From the NCBI GenBank assembly GCA_964016885.1, contig OZ024740.1:74586001-74650000 (forward strand): a stretch of DNA of 64,000 bases, given 5' to 3'. This DNA is from Eledone cirrhosa. Its lineage: Eukaryota. The position numbers were made by a program, and so were the translations under genes. Shown piece after piece: positions 47,291 to 60,000 of this stretch. The notes below the pieces were generated by a model that did no database searches, was not told where the DNA came from, and saw only the letters and a list, made by a program, of their open reading frames with translations. Positions within the stretch are counted from its first letter, which is position 1. Each line of letters begins with the position of its first letter.

Positions 47291-50067
47291 AATTGGTTGG
47301 CATACTAGTGCCAAGGGTGTGAATTGGCAGAGTTATTAGAACATTGGATAGAATGCTTTGTGGTAATTGTTCCAGTTTTCTGTGCTATAAGTTATCAAAT
47401 TCTGCCAAGGTCAACTTAGCCTTTCATCCTTTCTAAGTCAATAAAGAGTACCAGTCCAGTATTTGGGTTGATTCTTACTCTATATCTTTCTCACTTCATC
47501 TCTCTCTCTCATTCACTGGAAGACATTGATTGTGCTCAGACCAGGAGAGGGATGGACTCTGCCAAGTTTAAAATGGCCAAGACATGTCATATGTTACTAC
47601 AGCATCCCTACGACCCCATCAGGAATTACAGGTCCATACATACTAATGCCATCAGGTCAGATATAGAATCAGTCCTGGAAGATACAAACAGTTATTTGGA
47701 CCACTTGAAGAAATTGCTCTAATATTGATAGTGCACTCCCACTCTTTCAGGCTGATGACAACAGTATGCTACAATGTGAGCATTCAAAGGGGTTACTCAG
47801 TCATCCAACTGATTCTGAGCTTGAAATAACTCTCTACAAACTGTTTAATACTGAAGAGAGTGATATGCATTTGCTGCTCTTCTAGCCTGGGAGAATGTTG
47901 TATAATATAAGAATAGGGCATAATTAGCTTCCTGATTACAAAGAAACAATGATGTGCTTGCAAATGGGCAACATTTTGAACATTTAATGTAATTCTTATA
48001 AACTTACATCAATCGCCTATGTATTACTTTTGGAATAACATTTATTATTATGGTTTCTTTTTTATTCACATTTAATGGTAAGCTAATTATGGTTCACTCT
48101 GCATATACAAGCAGTAAATGATAGGCATAAATAAAACATGCTTGACATTTCCATCTTCAGAAGTTTTATTGTGCCACTCGGATAACATTTGTGAACTATG
48201 ATACACACTTATGGTGTCATGTAATAGGTGTTTATCATTTTTAAATATATGTCATATTATGTATTTTATCTTTTTCTCTATTTTACATTGTTCTCAGTGA
48301 ATAAAGTTGTGTCTACTTATTTGGTTCAACAAACTTCATGATAACAATATACTGGTAAAAATAAATTTAACTGTTTAGTATTTAAACTGGCTGGAACTGG
48401 CCGCTCATAATTATGTTACGGTATTGTTCTCAAAATAAATTATATCAAAATTTCACAGATTCGATATTATGCGAGGTAAAGCCTTTACCATGAAAATATA
48501 ATAGTAAATATAGAGTATATATATCTTGAGTTAAATAAAGTTTGAAATCAATCAATACTGATTTATCTCACACAAATGTAATGACATAAATTGATTGACT
48601 TTTTCTCATTAGATGTTTTGCTCAACAAGTAATTATTTCTATTAATATGCCTTCAAATTATATGAATCTGAATTCACTACTGTAAATTATCAAAATATAT
48701 GAGAAGTATATTGCCTTTACAATAGACTGCCATTTTACATGGTGCCTATTTATTTACAGCTACTCGCGGGTCCCAAATAATAGGAGTGTTGGAATAAGCG
48801 GGGAGGAAGGGGTTGGTTGGAAAATCGATAATTTGTCTAGGCTGTCTCCCTAGAAACCCGAAAGTAGGTAATCCGGGGTAAATTTTTGTTATTACACCCA
48901 AAACCTTTCAAGGTAATGATGAATGCTAAATATCTAAAGAATTAAAACTATTGTCGTCATCGGCGATATTAAAAAGGGGGAGGGTTATAGAACTTTCACT
49001 AAGTCCATCAAAGTTGTTTCCCATTATACGCTTTTCAGAATACTTATTTTCTTAAGAAAAAAACGAGGATAAATACCAACTTGGCATACACATCAATTTT
49101 TATCAATATTTATATTTTTGCCTATCAGTAAATTTCAAAGCAATGCTATATAATTTAAGTTGTTAAAACAAAGAAGTAGATCTATAATTATGAATTCAAT
49201 TGTAAGAGAAAATAATGCAAATTCTTCAGTCAGATATTTTTCAATGTGGTTTTAGAACTGAATGCAAATAATAGCAAATACCGACACTTATTCCTCTTTT
49301 CCGGCCACTCGGTGATCTCTGAATTCAGCGCCCTAAATACACAAGATACTTTTGTAAATATGATGAGTAAAGTGCTTATACATACTGTTAGGACGTATAG
49401 GTCCCCCAGCTGTAATTTGGAGACATCTCCGATCCCGAATTCATTTCAATGGGTGTTTGCCAGGTTCCTTAAACACCATTCTCTAAATCCTCTAATCCTA
49501 ACTTAGGATACGGAACTCCGGGATCCTCCCCCAAACAGTAAACCATTGATAGATGGAGAAAAGGGACCGAAAACACGGGAATGACAACAAATACTGCAGT
49601 ATTCTACAGCGCTAGAAAATTGTAGCTATTATGAAACCAAAACAGTTCTCACTAATAGAAGCCTATTGTCTATTAGTAAAGTGTTGAATTATTTAAACTA
49701 ACAAGAGCATAACAAAAAGCCAATTAACTAAAAAATGGCAAATATTTTGATTATATATGTGTGTGTGTAACTTTACGTTACTATTGTTTCGCCAGTTTGA
49801 GCGCTCTATGCATATGTGGGTCCGGTTTGGTATGTGGTATTGCACATTTGGTGTTATACTAAGGTCGGTCTCCCTCATCAGCAGAGTATTAATAATAGAG
49901 TAGGAACGAGGTGACAAAATATCATTTTTATATTTTGACACTGCATTCCGACTCCCTATTATTATGTGTGTGTATATATATAATCACAAACATTACTTGT
50001 TTCATAAGTGAGCAGAAAAAAAGAAAATACACTCCTATAAATTACCAATTCAACAAACGTTTACATT

Positions 50068-50775
50068 TTAATCTGCTAATCTTAAAATACTTTTTTTCTC
50101 CAAAGCTTCCATTTCTTTTAAAACATAAGAAACATTGTATCGGAGTTCTTGAAATTTAGTCAATGGTACCTCAAACGTGGAAACTTTACCATTACTAAGA
50201 ATTAGTTCGACAAAAACATACGGTTCTAACACTCGGTTAAGCACGCTAGTAGATATTGTGGTGTCCACACGCCACCTGAATGATTTTAATTTTGGTAAAG
50301 AGGGTCTGCTAGCCAACAAGGCCGTGTCGATATCCGATCTTTTAGCTCCATACACAACAGTTTCTAAATCACTTACAAAGTCAGAAGGAATGCCAAGTTC
50401 AGCTAAATCCTCTTTAAATACATCAACTTTTAAAGCTCCGCTTGGTTTCCTGAAGGCACATAACAACAGAGTGTAAAGTCCTGTGTGGATAATCCGTAAT
50501 CCTTCTTCGTCGATTTTGTTAGAAATTAATTGTTTAAAATCCAACTGGATACGTTCTTTTGATTTTTCTTCCAGAAACAAACATTCAGATTTTAATTCAT
50601 CTGAGATAGCGAAACCTGAAATAACGGAATGTAGGATTTTCCGAAAAATCTTTTTATCGATATCCGATATAATTTTAGTCATAGAACGGATCTCGGGTGG
50701 TATAATAGGACCGACGAACAAGGTTTTGTCGATATTTCCACCCAGCCCTGTCCCTACAACTTTTATAATAGACAT
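50068..50775 (-). CDS. COMMD5: COMM domain-containing protein 5, single coding exon, 235 aa
   Basis: Uninterrupted ORF. The C-terminal COMM domain LPKLKSFRWRVDTTISTSVLNRVLEP...FEVPLTKFQELRYNVSYVLKEM closely resembles vertebrate COMMD5. Confidence 0.93.
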   Translation of the reverse strand: MSIIKVVGTGLGGNIDKTLFVGPIIPPEIRSMTKIISDIDKKIFRKILHSVISGFAISDELKSECLFLEEKSKERIQLDFKQLISNKIDEEGLRIIHTGLYTLLLCAFRKPSGALKVDVFKEDLAELGIPSDFVSDLETVVYGAKRSDIDTALLASRPSLPKLKSFRWRVDTTISTSVLNRVLEPYVFVELILSNGKVSTFEVPLTKFQELRYNVSYVLKEMEALEKKSILRLAD

Positions 50776-50819
50776 ATTTCAAAGAGACGATCGTAATTAG
50801 AAAGATATAAGCATGTCGT

Positions 50820-50890
50820 TTCCACCCCTCAAGTCACGTGATAGACATTTCCGGTTCATATTTAACAATCAGACTTCCGGAAAGTCTCAT
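50820..50890 (-). promoter_or_regulatory. COMMD5 proximal promoter: E-box GTCACGTGA and ETS-type CCGGAA sites
   Basis: GTCACGTGA at 50833-50841, TTCCGG near 50849 and near-palindrome AGACTTCCGGAAAGTCT at 50871-50887. All lie 60-110 bp upstream of the ATG in a CpG-retaining stretch. Confidence 0.6.
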
Positions 50891-51276
50891 AAAATGTTAT
50901 ATAAAAGTCGGTATTTTCTGAAGTGGTTTCCGTGAAATAAAGTATTTCTTTTAGTAATATTTAATATATATATCTTTATATGTTATTATATGAATACATT
51001 CTCTTTCTAAGATGGTTTTTGTTTCATTTAATGTTCTACTAAAATTAGGGTAATGAGAACTGTCCGTAAAATATAGTTATCAGTTTGGAAATCACTATAA
51101 GGGATCCGCAACCAAGTAAGTTTAAGAACCACTGGTATAGGTGGGTGTGTGATTTTGGCGAGCAAAGCTTGTGACTTATTTCAAATTCTCAGTTATAATA
51201 TAACCGTTGCATAGGAAGGGTATGGAAACTACTTTGGTGAGTACTTCCGATTACATGACAAAACAATCTACGCCTA

Positions 51277-51564
51277 CAGTGGAACCTCGGTTCACGAACA
51301 CCTCTCACGAACAATTTTTTCGAACACAAAACGTCTCGGTTGACGAATTGTGTCTCGAGTAACGAACACAAGCTGGGTGTATCTACGGGAAAACGTCACT
51401 TGCCGTGTAGTTAGCTACTATGGTGATATCTATCTATCTTTCACACACAGTCTCTCTCTCACTGTATTTATCAACATTTCATATGGAAAAAATAGTTTTG
51501 GTTTACAAACATTTCGGATGACAAACGGCCTTTGGGAACGAATTTGCGAACCGAGGTTCCACTG
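51277..51564. mobile_element. Tigger/pogo-type MITE
   Basis: Perfect 17-bp TIR CAGTGGAACCTCGGTTC; TA target duplication at 51275-51276 and 51565-51566. Confidence 0.9.
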
Positions 51565-52279
51565 TATTTGATGCACGCATACTAACACGAGACACAGATT
51601 CATTCACTTTAATACACACGCACACATATCATTTGAAAAAGTTTACATTAGCTGTAAGAGCATATTTTTCATAATCTCATCACCGTAGAAGACAATGGAA
51701 TTTTCTTCTTGCCTTCTCCTACCTTTCGTTCCTACTCTCATGTTTTGCTTGTACATCAAATACAATGATCATAGATTTATTGAAAAGTTCCGTCCTTATT
51801 TCATTCACCATAAATGGAGACTGAATATACACTCTACATTTACGATATCAGGCAAATTGCGCACCAACATGACTTAGTTCAATACGAAGTTTCTTATTTT
51901 GCATTGCTTCAATTTGTACATATAAATTTAGGCCAGACCATTTACAGACATTATCTCACAATCGCCTTGTTAGCCTAGCCCTATTTCTTTTACCTTGGAT
52001 CATACCCTCCATACATGTTTTAGAAATACTTTTTTTGTGAATATTTTACGTGACCAAAGAGCTTTAGGACTTTGCTTTTGATGATGCACATTATATGAAC
52101 TAGTTTATCAGCTTCTAGTGGACCACAGTTTTTATATGGTCAAGTAGTAGTAGTTTGTGGTTTGTCATGAACCTCTTACTATGGGTTTGCAAAGTCTCTG
52201 TTTTACTAATCAGGGATGAGATCCAGTTCAACACCATAAAAGATGACATGTAGTACATACCAATTATAGGTTTTACATT

Positions 52280-53121
52280 TGATCATCATCATCATCATCA
52301 AGGTTTAGCGTCCGTGTTCCACGCTTGCATGGGTTTGGACGGGGGTTTTCCCACTTGAGGCAAGAGTGGTTGTCTTGCTCGCATAGGACTGTCTGGGGGG
52401 TTTTCTACAGCTGGATGCCCTTCCTAACACCAACCACATTTACAGTGTGGGGCTGGGAGGTTTTTACCGTGTTGCCTACACGGCCACATTTACAGCGTGG
52501 ACTGTGTGTTTTTTTGTCGTGACACCTACACGATCTCATTTGTTTCGGCCTGGATGTTGTGGCACCAACATAACTTTACATTGAAAGGGGCGGTGTGGAT
52601 GGGGTGGGGGTGGTGGGACGGGGGTGTGTTTTGATAGAGATGCCTACTGACTGTAGTAGGTTTTTACTTTGTATTTAGGTGAGTACCGCCAAAGGTCTCG
52701 GTCCAGTGACATTGTCTTGGAGAGGTGTAAGCGTGTGAGGTCGGAATTTATCATGTCGTCCCAGGTTTTTCTGGGTCTGCCTACTCCGTGGCTACCGTCT
52801 ATCTTTATTGCCCTGCACTTTGTTATACAGCTGTCGTCTTTCATGCGCATCACGTGACCGTACCAATGTAGCCTTCTCTCGAGTAAACAACATCTGATCC
52901 CTCTTATTTCTAATTTTTTCCTTATTTCGTTTATGCTTAGCCGTTCACGTATATTACTATTGCACATCCAGCGGAGTATGCAAGCTTCGTTCCTCTCTAG
53001 TCTGCGTATATCCTCTGCACACAATGCCCAGGTCTCACTGCCATGCAGCACTGCTGTTCGTATGCAGGCATCGTATAACCTACCTTTCATTTTTAGGGAG
53101 AACCCTCTAGCGGCTAATAGT
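52280..53121 (-). mobile_element. 5'-truncated RTE LINE 3' end with long 3' UTR and (GAT)n tail
   Basis: GRLYDACIRTAVLHGSETW...RRLHWYGHVMRM...GRPRKTW...DRDLWR; (CAT)n on the plus strand at 52283-52298. Confidence 0.88.
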
Positions 53122-53779
53122 GAAAGTGGAATCGGTTTTGAAGTTAAAAGTTTCTTATTTTCCTTAAAAGTTGCATAGCTTAAGCTTATGTGACGAACTG
53201 AAACTACCATATATTGAGTCCTTTATTTAACCATAATCCATTTGATTTTATATGTGATGTTATACATCACATATAAGGAGGGTGAGATTTGCTGGCCATT
53301 GTCATCAGTCCTCAAATGAAGCTGCGTCCTCTTTGGTGCTTTGGAAACCTGCACGTGTCTCAAGATGAAGCGGTCGCAGCAAGCTCTCATATCCAGATGT
53401 CATAGCCAAGGATGCTTGTATTCACATTCAGCACCTAGCTACTGCCATGAGCAACATACCCACGTGGAGATCTATCATTGAGTCTATTTTGGCTGAGGCT
53501 GCAGGATGATGATATATGAAACTCTCAAAAGGTGTTTGATCCCCCATGGAAAATGGTTCATTTCCTGTTCTATCTTCTGATGGCCAGACTCTTCTAACAG
53601 ATAAGAATCATGCTTAAAGGACGTTCAAGATGCCATAAATCAAATGTTATCCAATCAGGCCCCAGGAAAATCTGGCATATCACAAAATTTTTAAATATGG
53701 TGGTAAAAAACTTTTTGAGCTCTTTGAAGTCATTTGGAGAGTTGGGCATGTACTACAGGAATACAACGATGCATCTGTC

Positions 53780-54180
53780 AAACATCTCTTCAACAACAAG
53801 GGAAGAAAAGTTGTCTGACAAATCATGTAACTCTCTTGTAGTGCAGGTAAAATCTTGGCAAGAATAATTCTTGACAGGCTAATCAAACAAGTTATTGATG
53901 ACATCTACCGAGAGTCACAATGTGAATTTAGATCGGGCTATATTACCATTTTTTTCCACTTCATTGGATTGCTGAGAAAAATTATGGACTATATATGGTT
54001 TTTATAAATCTAACCAAATATTTCAATGCTGTCAACATAAATGCTCTCTGTACAGTTCTCAAAAAAATTTGTATACCTAATAAAATGCTAATTGTCATAA
54101 TTTCCTATCATGCTCAAATGAAAGTATGCTTTCTCAGGTGACCAACTTTGAAATTTTGAACAGTACAAAACAAGGCTGAG
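53780..54180 (+). mobile_element. Old BovB-type RTE RT fragment
   Basis: Degenerate AGKILARIILDRL...ESQCEFRSG...FINLTKYFNAV. Confidence 0.65.
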
Positions 54181-55835
54181 ACATAATTCTTTATTTATCT
54201 AAACATTTACTCTTGTGGTATATATATATTGTCTGGCTGGATGCTCTTCCTATCACCAACCATTATAGAGTGTGGACTGGGTGCATTTTAACCTGCCACC
54301 AGGGGGTTGTCAAGACTACAGTCCTCTTTACTCGGTATCAGTTTTAATTCAAAGTAACTGCTCTCCTAAATGGGTTGCTTTGGCAACATCTTATTGAGTT
54401 TACATTTACTGTGCAGTTTTATTTATTCAGAGTGACTGCTCTCATAAACAAGTTGTCTTCCCCATGGCTTAGAGTCTCTGCTACACTGCACAGTTTTATT
54501 TATTTGAAATTACTGGTCTCCTAGATAGGCTGCCTTTCCTGCAGCTTACAGAGCCTAAGTCTACCCCCCGATTGAAACAAAAAGGAGGGGGAAATAAGTA
54601 TTGGCAACAAGTTTAATTATATCAGCACTAAATTTACCATAAAATATCTTATATTATTATAAATCTAGCAGTTATCCTTGTATTGAGTACTGTTGCTGTG
54701 CACCTTGAGAGTCAAGATAAAATCCATAGAAGAATTGTCAACATTATCAGTTCTGACATATAAAGTCAGTTTCAATTACTATCACACCATCAAAATATTG
54801 CCTCTCTTTGCCTTTTTAATAAATATTTTCATGGGAATTGTTCTGAAGGGTTTTCGTCTTTGTTTCTTTGTCTTCATTAGTTTAAACAAAGTACCAGATT
54901 GGCAGCTAGGTTTCATTCCTTTACAGTTGGAGTTTCTAAATGTAATTGCAAATTTTATTCTGATAGTTTCTTCCCTCACACATCTCGCCTATGGAATTCT
55001 CTTCGTTTATTGCTTTTCTGACCACTATAATTTGCTAAAATTCAAAAGCAACATCAATCATCTTCTTGCTCTTTGAATTATGTTCTCTCTGTCTTGTACT
55101 TTTCTCTTCTCAGTAACTCCTTGCATTTTAGAGACTTTGCTTTGTGTTAGCACAAAAAAAATGGGGGTGAAAACTGGCAGACTGTTCAATTAATACCTTG
55201 TAATATTTGTTCTGGTACTGTGTGATCTAAGTTTGAATCTTGCCTAGGTGAACTTTGCTTTTCATGAATTCCGGTGTTGATAAATGTTGCTATCATTAAA
55301 ACATAAGAAACCTCCAATGTAATGCAAGTTAATAGAAGGCTACAAAAGGTGGGAGCGGTAACAACAATTTTCCCTTAAAACACACGTTATAGATGATATT
55401 ATCATTAGATATAGCCAATACATATCCTTGGTGACCTAGATATACATTTGTACTAGTGGGCAAAATCAAGGAGCTTAACTGACAAATGGTTGAAGTGTTG
55501 GGCACAAGTCTTCCAGGGTAATTAAACCTGAAAAGGATACTATTATTTCAATCAAGTGACATATAGGTAGAAATATGATCTTGGGAATCAAAGCTGGTAA
55601 CATAGTTTAAATTCCCTGTAATAATCATATTTCACAAAAACCTACTTTAGTGGACCACCATTTCCCAACATTTCATGACATAAAACTAGTTACATGTACA
55701 ACTTGATATGTTACTTAGAAACTTTTTAATTAGGATAATAATATTGACTGGAACAAGATATGTATTAAGCTCGGTCAAGCAAGAAGCACAAATAAAATGA
55801 CACTGTAAATTTGAATTTTATGTGAAGGTCACACT

Positions 55836-56420
55836 TCATCATCATCATCACCATTTTACGTCCACTTTTCCCTGCTTGCAAGGGTGGGACAGGTCTTATT
55901 CAGCACAGCATCTTTCCATTCGTCATCTCCTCCGTGAGCTTCAGCGATCTGAGATCAGCTCTCACCACCTCCGCTCATGATTTTCGTAGTCTTCCTTCTA
56001 CTGGGATTTCTTGGTACTTCTTTACCCAGCGGTCGTCCTCCATGTACATCACATGTCCATACCAACGCAGTCTTCTCTCCCGCACACTACAGCTTATCCC
56101 TCTTATACACAGTTTCTCTCTCAACTCGTCTATGCTTTGACATTGCACATCCAACAGAGCATGCTTGCTTAATTTCTCTCCAACCATTGCATATCCTCCA
56201 CAGTTGCTGCCCATGTCTCTCTACCATGCAGCATCACGCATCTCACACAAGCATCATATAACTGGCCTTTCGTTTGTAGGGAGAAACCCTTCTTTGTCAA
56301 CAGCTCCCTAAACTTGTTCCAACCCGTCCTTATTCTAGATACTATGGCCTCGGAGCACCCCCCCCCCCTCTTTTGCTAATCTGATCACCTAGGTATCAGA
56401 AGCTATCAACCACCTCTATA
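55836..56420 (-). mobile_element. RTE LINE 3' fragment
   Basis: RERRLRWYGHVM; (CAT)n tail; same subfamily as 14380-14980. Confidence 0.85.
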
Positions 56421-56634
56421 ATTAGGATGAAATTATACGTGGCATTATTCTACAGTCAGATATTCTTCCTGATGCCAACTCTTACTAATTCCACATATTT
56501 TCACCTGTCGAATTGCTATGTTGCAGGACAAAAACAAATCGCTGTTTTTAAGCTGTGTTAACATAGAGAGATGGGGAAACAAACACATACAGTGTTTCGA
56601 AGCCCGTTGTATATAAAGGTGTACACACACACAC

Positions 56635-57349
56635 GTGTGAGAAGCGTGATGCTGCATGGTAGTGAGACATGGGTAGCAACTGTGGAGGATATGCGACAGC
56701 TGGAGAGAAATTAAGTAAGCATGCAATGTTGGATGTGCAATGTCAATGTGTGTGAACAACCAAGCATAGACGAGTTGAGAAAGAAACTGTGTATAAGAGG
56801 GATAGGCTGTAGTGTGCGGGAAAGAAGACGGCGTTGGTATGGACATGTGATGCGCATTGAGGATGACTGCTGGGAAAAGATGTGCCAAGAAATCCCAGTA
56901 GAAGGAAGACCATGAAAAACATGGGCAGAGGCAGTAAGAGCAGACCTCAGATCGCTGAAGCTTACGGAGGAGATGACAAAGGACCGTGACGAATGGAGAG
57001 ATGCCGGGCTTAATAGGACCCATCCCACTCTTGCAAGCAGGGAAAAGTGGATGTAAAATGATGACGATATATATATATATAGGGAGAGAGAGAGATGTAG
57101 TGGGATCCAAGTTAAGTTACCTAAGAATGTAGGTTTTACATGTGGCCATTGCACAGGAGCAGTAAACAGCAAACGACCACAAGAAACAAGCGCTATGAAA
57201 TTCTTGAAAGGTTCTATAGAAGCAGTAAGCAGTTTGTTACCTGGGGGACCTAATTAGCAGTGGAGGTGGGTGTTCTGAAAGTATAGTAGCCAGAGTGAGA
57301 ATGGGATGGAAGAAGTTCAGGGAGCTATGGCCACTGCTACCTACAAAAG
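56635..57349 (+). mobile_element. Two adjacent RTE fragments on the plus strand (3' end 56635-57066; internal piece 57090-57349)
   Basis: WMCNVNVCEQPSIDELRKKLCIRGI..RWYGHVMR; the second piece encodes ARVRMGWKKFRELWPLL. Confidence 0.82.
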
Positions 57350-59116
57350 CTTTGTTCCTCTCTAGTCTGCATATATCCTCTGCACACAATGGCCAGGTCT
57401 CACTGCCATGCAGCATTGCTGTTCGTATGCAGGCATCGTATAACCTGCCTTTCATCTTTAGGGAGAACCCTCTAGCGGCTAATAGTGGTATAAGCTCTCT
57501 GACCTTTTTCCATCCAGTTCTGACTCTAGCTACTGTACTTTCAGAGCACCCTCCCCCACTGCTGATTTTGTCACCCAGGTAACGGAAGCTGTCCACTATT
57601 TCTATAGAACCCTCTGCGAAATTGAAAGAGCTAGTATTTTGTGGGCACTTGCTGCTACTTATTGCACCAGAGCACCGGCCACATGTAAAATCTATGTTCT
57701 TAGTTAGCTTACCTGTGATCCCACTACATCTTTTATGCACCCATACTTTGCATTTGGGACATAAAATGGAGTTTCTACCTACGCCTTTCCTACACACTGA
57801 GCATGGCCATTTCCCGGAAGGGACTGCCGCCTTATTTTCTTTCCTACAAACTAGAACTTTAGTCTTAGCCAGGTTAATTTTAAGGCCTTTTGATTCTAGG
57901 CCGTGCTTTCATTGTTTGGAATTTTTTCTCTAGTTCAGCCATTGATTCAGCTATGAGCGTTAGATCATCTGCGTATAGGAGTTCCCATGGGCAGCCGGTC
58001 TTGAACTCATCTGTTATAGCCTGAAGGGCAATAATAAATAGTAGGGGGCTAAGAACAGAGCCCTGATGGACACCAACTTTTATGCTAAACTCTTCACTAT
58101 ATTCGTTAATTCTAACCTTGCTGACTGTTTCTTTATACATGGCTTGTATAGCTCTCACAAGCCATTCGTCAACACCTAGTTTTCTAAGAGCCCACCAGAT
58201 AATGGAACGGGGGACTCTGTCGAAGGCTTTCTCCAAGTCAACAAAAGCTAAGTATAGGGGTTTACTTTTAGCTAGGTACTTCTCCTGTAGTTGTCGTACA
58301 ATGAAAAGAGCGTCTGTGGTACTTTTGCCTGACACAAACCCGAACTGCATTTCATCTAGATCAATTCTCTCTCTGATTAGTTGCGCTATTACTTTTTCCG
58401 TGACCTTCATGACCTGGTCGATTAATTTAATGCCTCTATAGTTACACCTATCTAGGGCATCTCCTTTACCCTTGTAACAGTTAATGATGATGCTGCTATG
58501 CCAGTCCTTCGGAACAACCCCTTTCTGTATGACTTGGTTTACTATCCGGGTGGCCATGGTGTGTCCCACCGTTCCAGAGGCTTTCAGCATCTCAGCAACT
58601 ATTTCCGAAGGCCCAGCCGCCTTACCCGTCTTCATATCTTTGATTGCCTTACTTATTATACTACCTTCAACTAACACTGCTGGTCCCTCTATTGGGTCGA
58701 TGTGGGGGAGACTGTCTTTCTCCCATTTGTTCTCCTCATTTAGAAGCCTTTCGTAGTGACACTTCCAAGCTACCTTCTTATCAGCGTCAGTGATGGCAAG
58801 TATGCCATCATCATTAAGTACACACTTCTCCCCGACAATATCACGGTTTTCCTTGACACATTGCCTAGCAATCCTGAACACCTCACGTTTTTGGTCCTCA
58901 CGTTGTAGAACATGCTTGAACTTTCTTTCCTCTGCTTCCCTTCTTGCGAAGTACACTTGTCTCCTAGCTTCCCTCCTGGCCACTTGATAGTCTTCTCTAC
59001 TTCCCCCATCCCGCCATACTTTCCAAGCCTGCTTTTTGGCCTTAATTGACTCCTCCACCTTACTGTTCCACCACCATGTTACTCTCCTCCTACCTACAGG
59101 CCTGCTCCAGCCACAG
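57350..59116 (-). mobile_element. RTE-clade LINE, truncated at both ends, with a long open RT region and a PHD-like finger after YADD
   Basis: TWWWN, KAAGPS, YKGKGD..NYRGIKL, FVDLEKAFDRV, GVHQGSVLSPLLF, LLYADD, then CSVC..CPKCKVWVHKRC..CGRC and FRYLGD. Frameshift near 57910. Confidence 0.93.
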
Positions 59117-59119
59117 ACT

Positions 59120-59179
59120 AGAATAAACAAGGAGACACAATAACACATTCAGACTATTCAACAAAATGTTTTATTTATT
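59120..59179 (-). terminator. Probable NDUFS2 polyadenylation signal with GU-rich downstream element
   Basis: Two overlapping AATAAA on the minus strand (59170-59179), ~135 nt after the stop, followed by TGTGTTATTGTGTCTCCTTGTTT. Confidence 0.6.
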
Positions 59180-59314
59180 CTTAGAACGGTTGTAATAAAA
59201 GTCTATCAACATACGATAAATATGTGTAAAAACCATTAAGTAAAATAAATTCCCAATATATTGACTGGTCTTCACAGATTTGTGTCACCCAACTGGTAAT
59301 ATCTACACACATTT

Positions 59315-59352
59315 TCATCGATCAACTTCACCAAACACAATGTCCAATGTTC
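59315..59352 (-). CDS. NDUFS2: NDUFS2 last coding exon (GTLDIVFGEVDR*)
   Basis: Acceptor at 59353-59354; canonical DIVFGEVDR C-terminus followed by TGA. Confidence 0.95.
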
Positions 59353-60000
59353 CTGAATTATAATAATAATGAGAAAGATGTACAACTAAATAAATTTGAA
59401 AATATTAGTTTATTGAACATTATCAATCTACAGTATTAGTATATTTAATATTATCAATATATACTATTTGTATATTAGAGTGTTACACATTATATGATAC
59501 TATGGGCAAATGGTTAGAATATCTCAGGAAAGAAAAGAATCGATGGCTAGATTTTACGGGCAAAACGACTGAGCAAGAGACCCAGGAGCAGAGATGGTTG
59601 GATAACATCCATGAGCTTGGTTGGTTTTACTTGGGGATTCAGCCGGATCAGTTGGAGATGGTTGCTTCTGACAGGGCCCACTGGGAGGAGTGTCTGAGGA
59701 CTCTGCCCCCACGACCCTCACAGGAATAAGTGGACGAAGAAGATTTAACACTTTTGCTGTACAGTATTAGTATATTTAACATTATCAATATACAATATTG
59801 AGTTCAAATCTTACAGCCAATGCTTTGCACACCAAGACAAGACACATTACTATGCTTGTCTTATTTTTTCTAACAGTAAAATTAATTCTAATTTAGCTGT
59901 AAGTAATGATGGCACAACAAAGAACATGTAATTATAAAAATATTAGTTTCAATAAATATTGAATACATATAAAAGAATTAATGTAAACCAATTTCCTCAC

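Noticed and set aside
49325-49510. Telomerase RNA hypothesis
   Set aside because: Only CCCTAA is present, with no ~1.5-repeat template or convincing pseudoknot.
54693-55076. 127-aa hydrophobic ORF
   Set aside because: T-rich low-complexity composition, no ATG start and no recognisable motif or splice signals.
52987-57488. 135-bp overlap between the RTE at 52280-53121 and the RTE at 57350-59116, suggesting one split element
   Set aside because: About six mismatches in the shared part and no matching flanks. Two copies of one subfamily is the simpler explanation.
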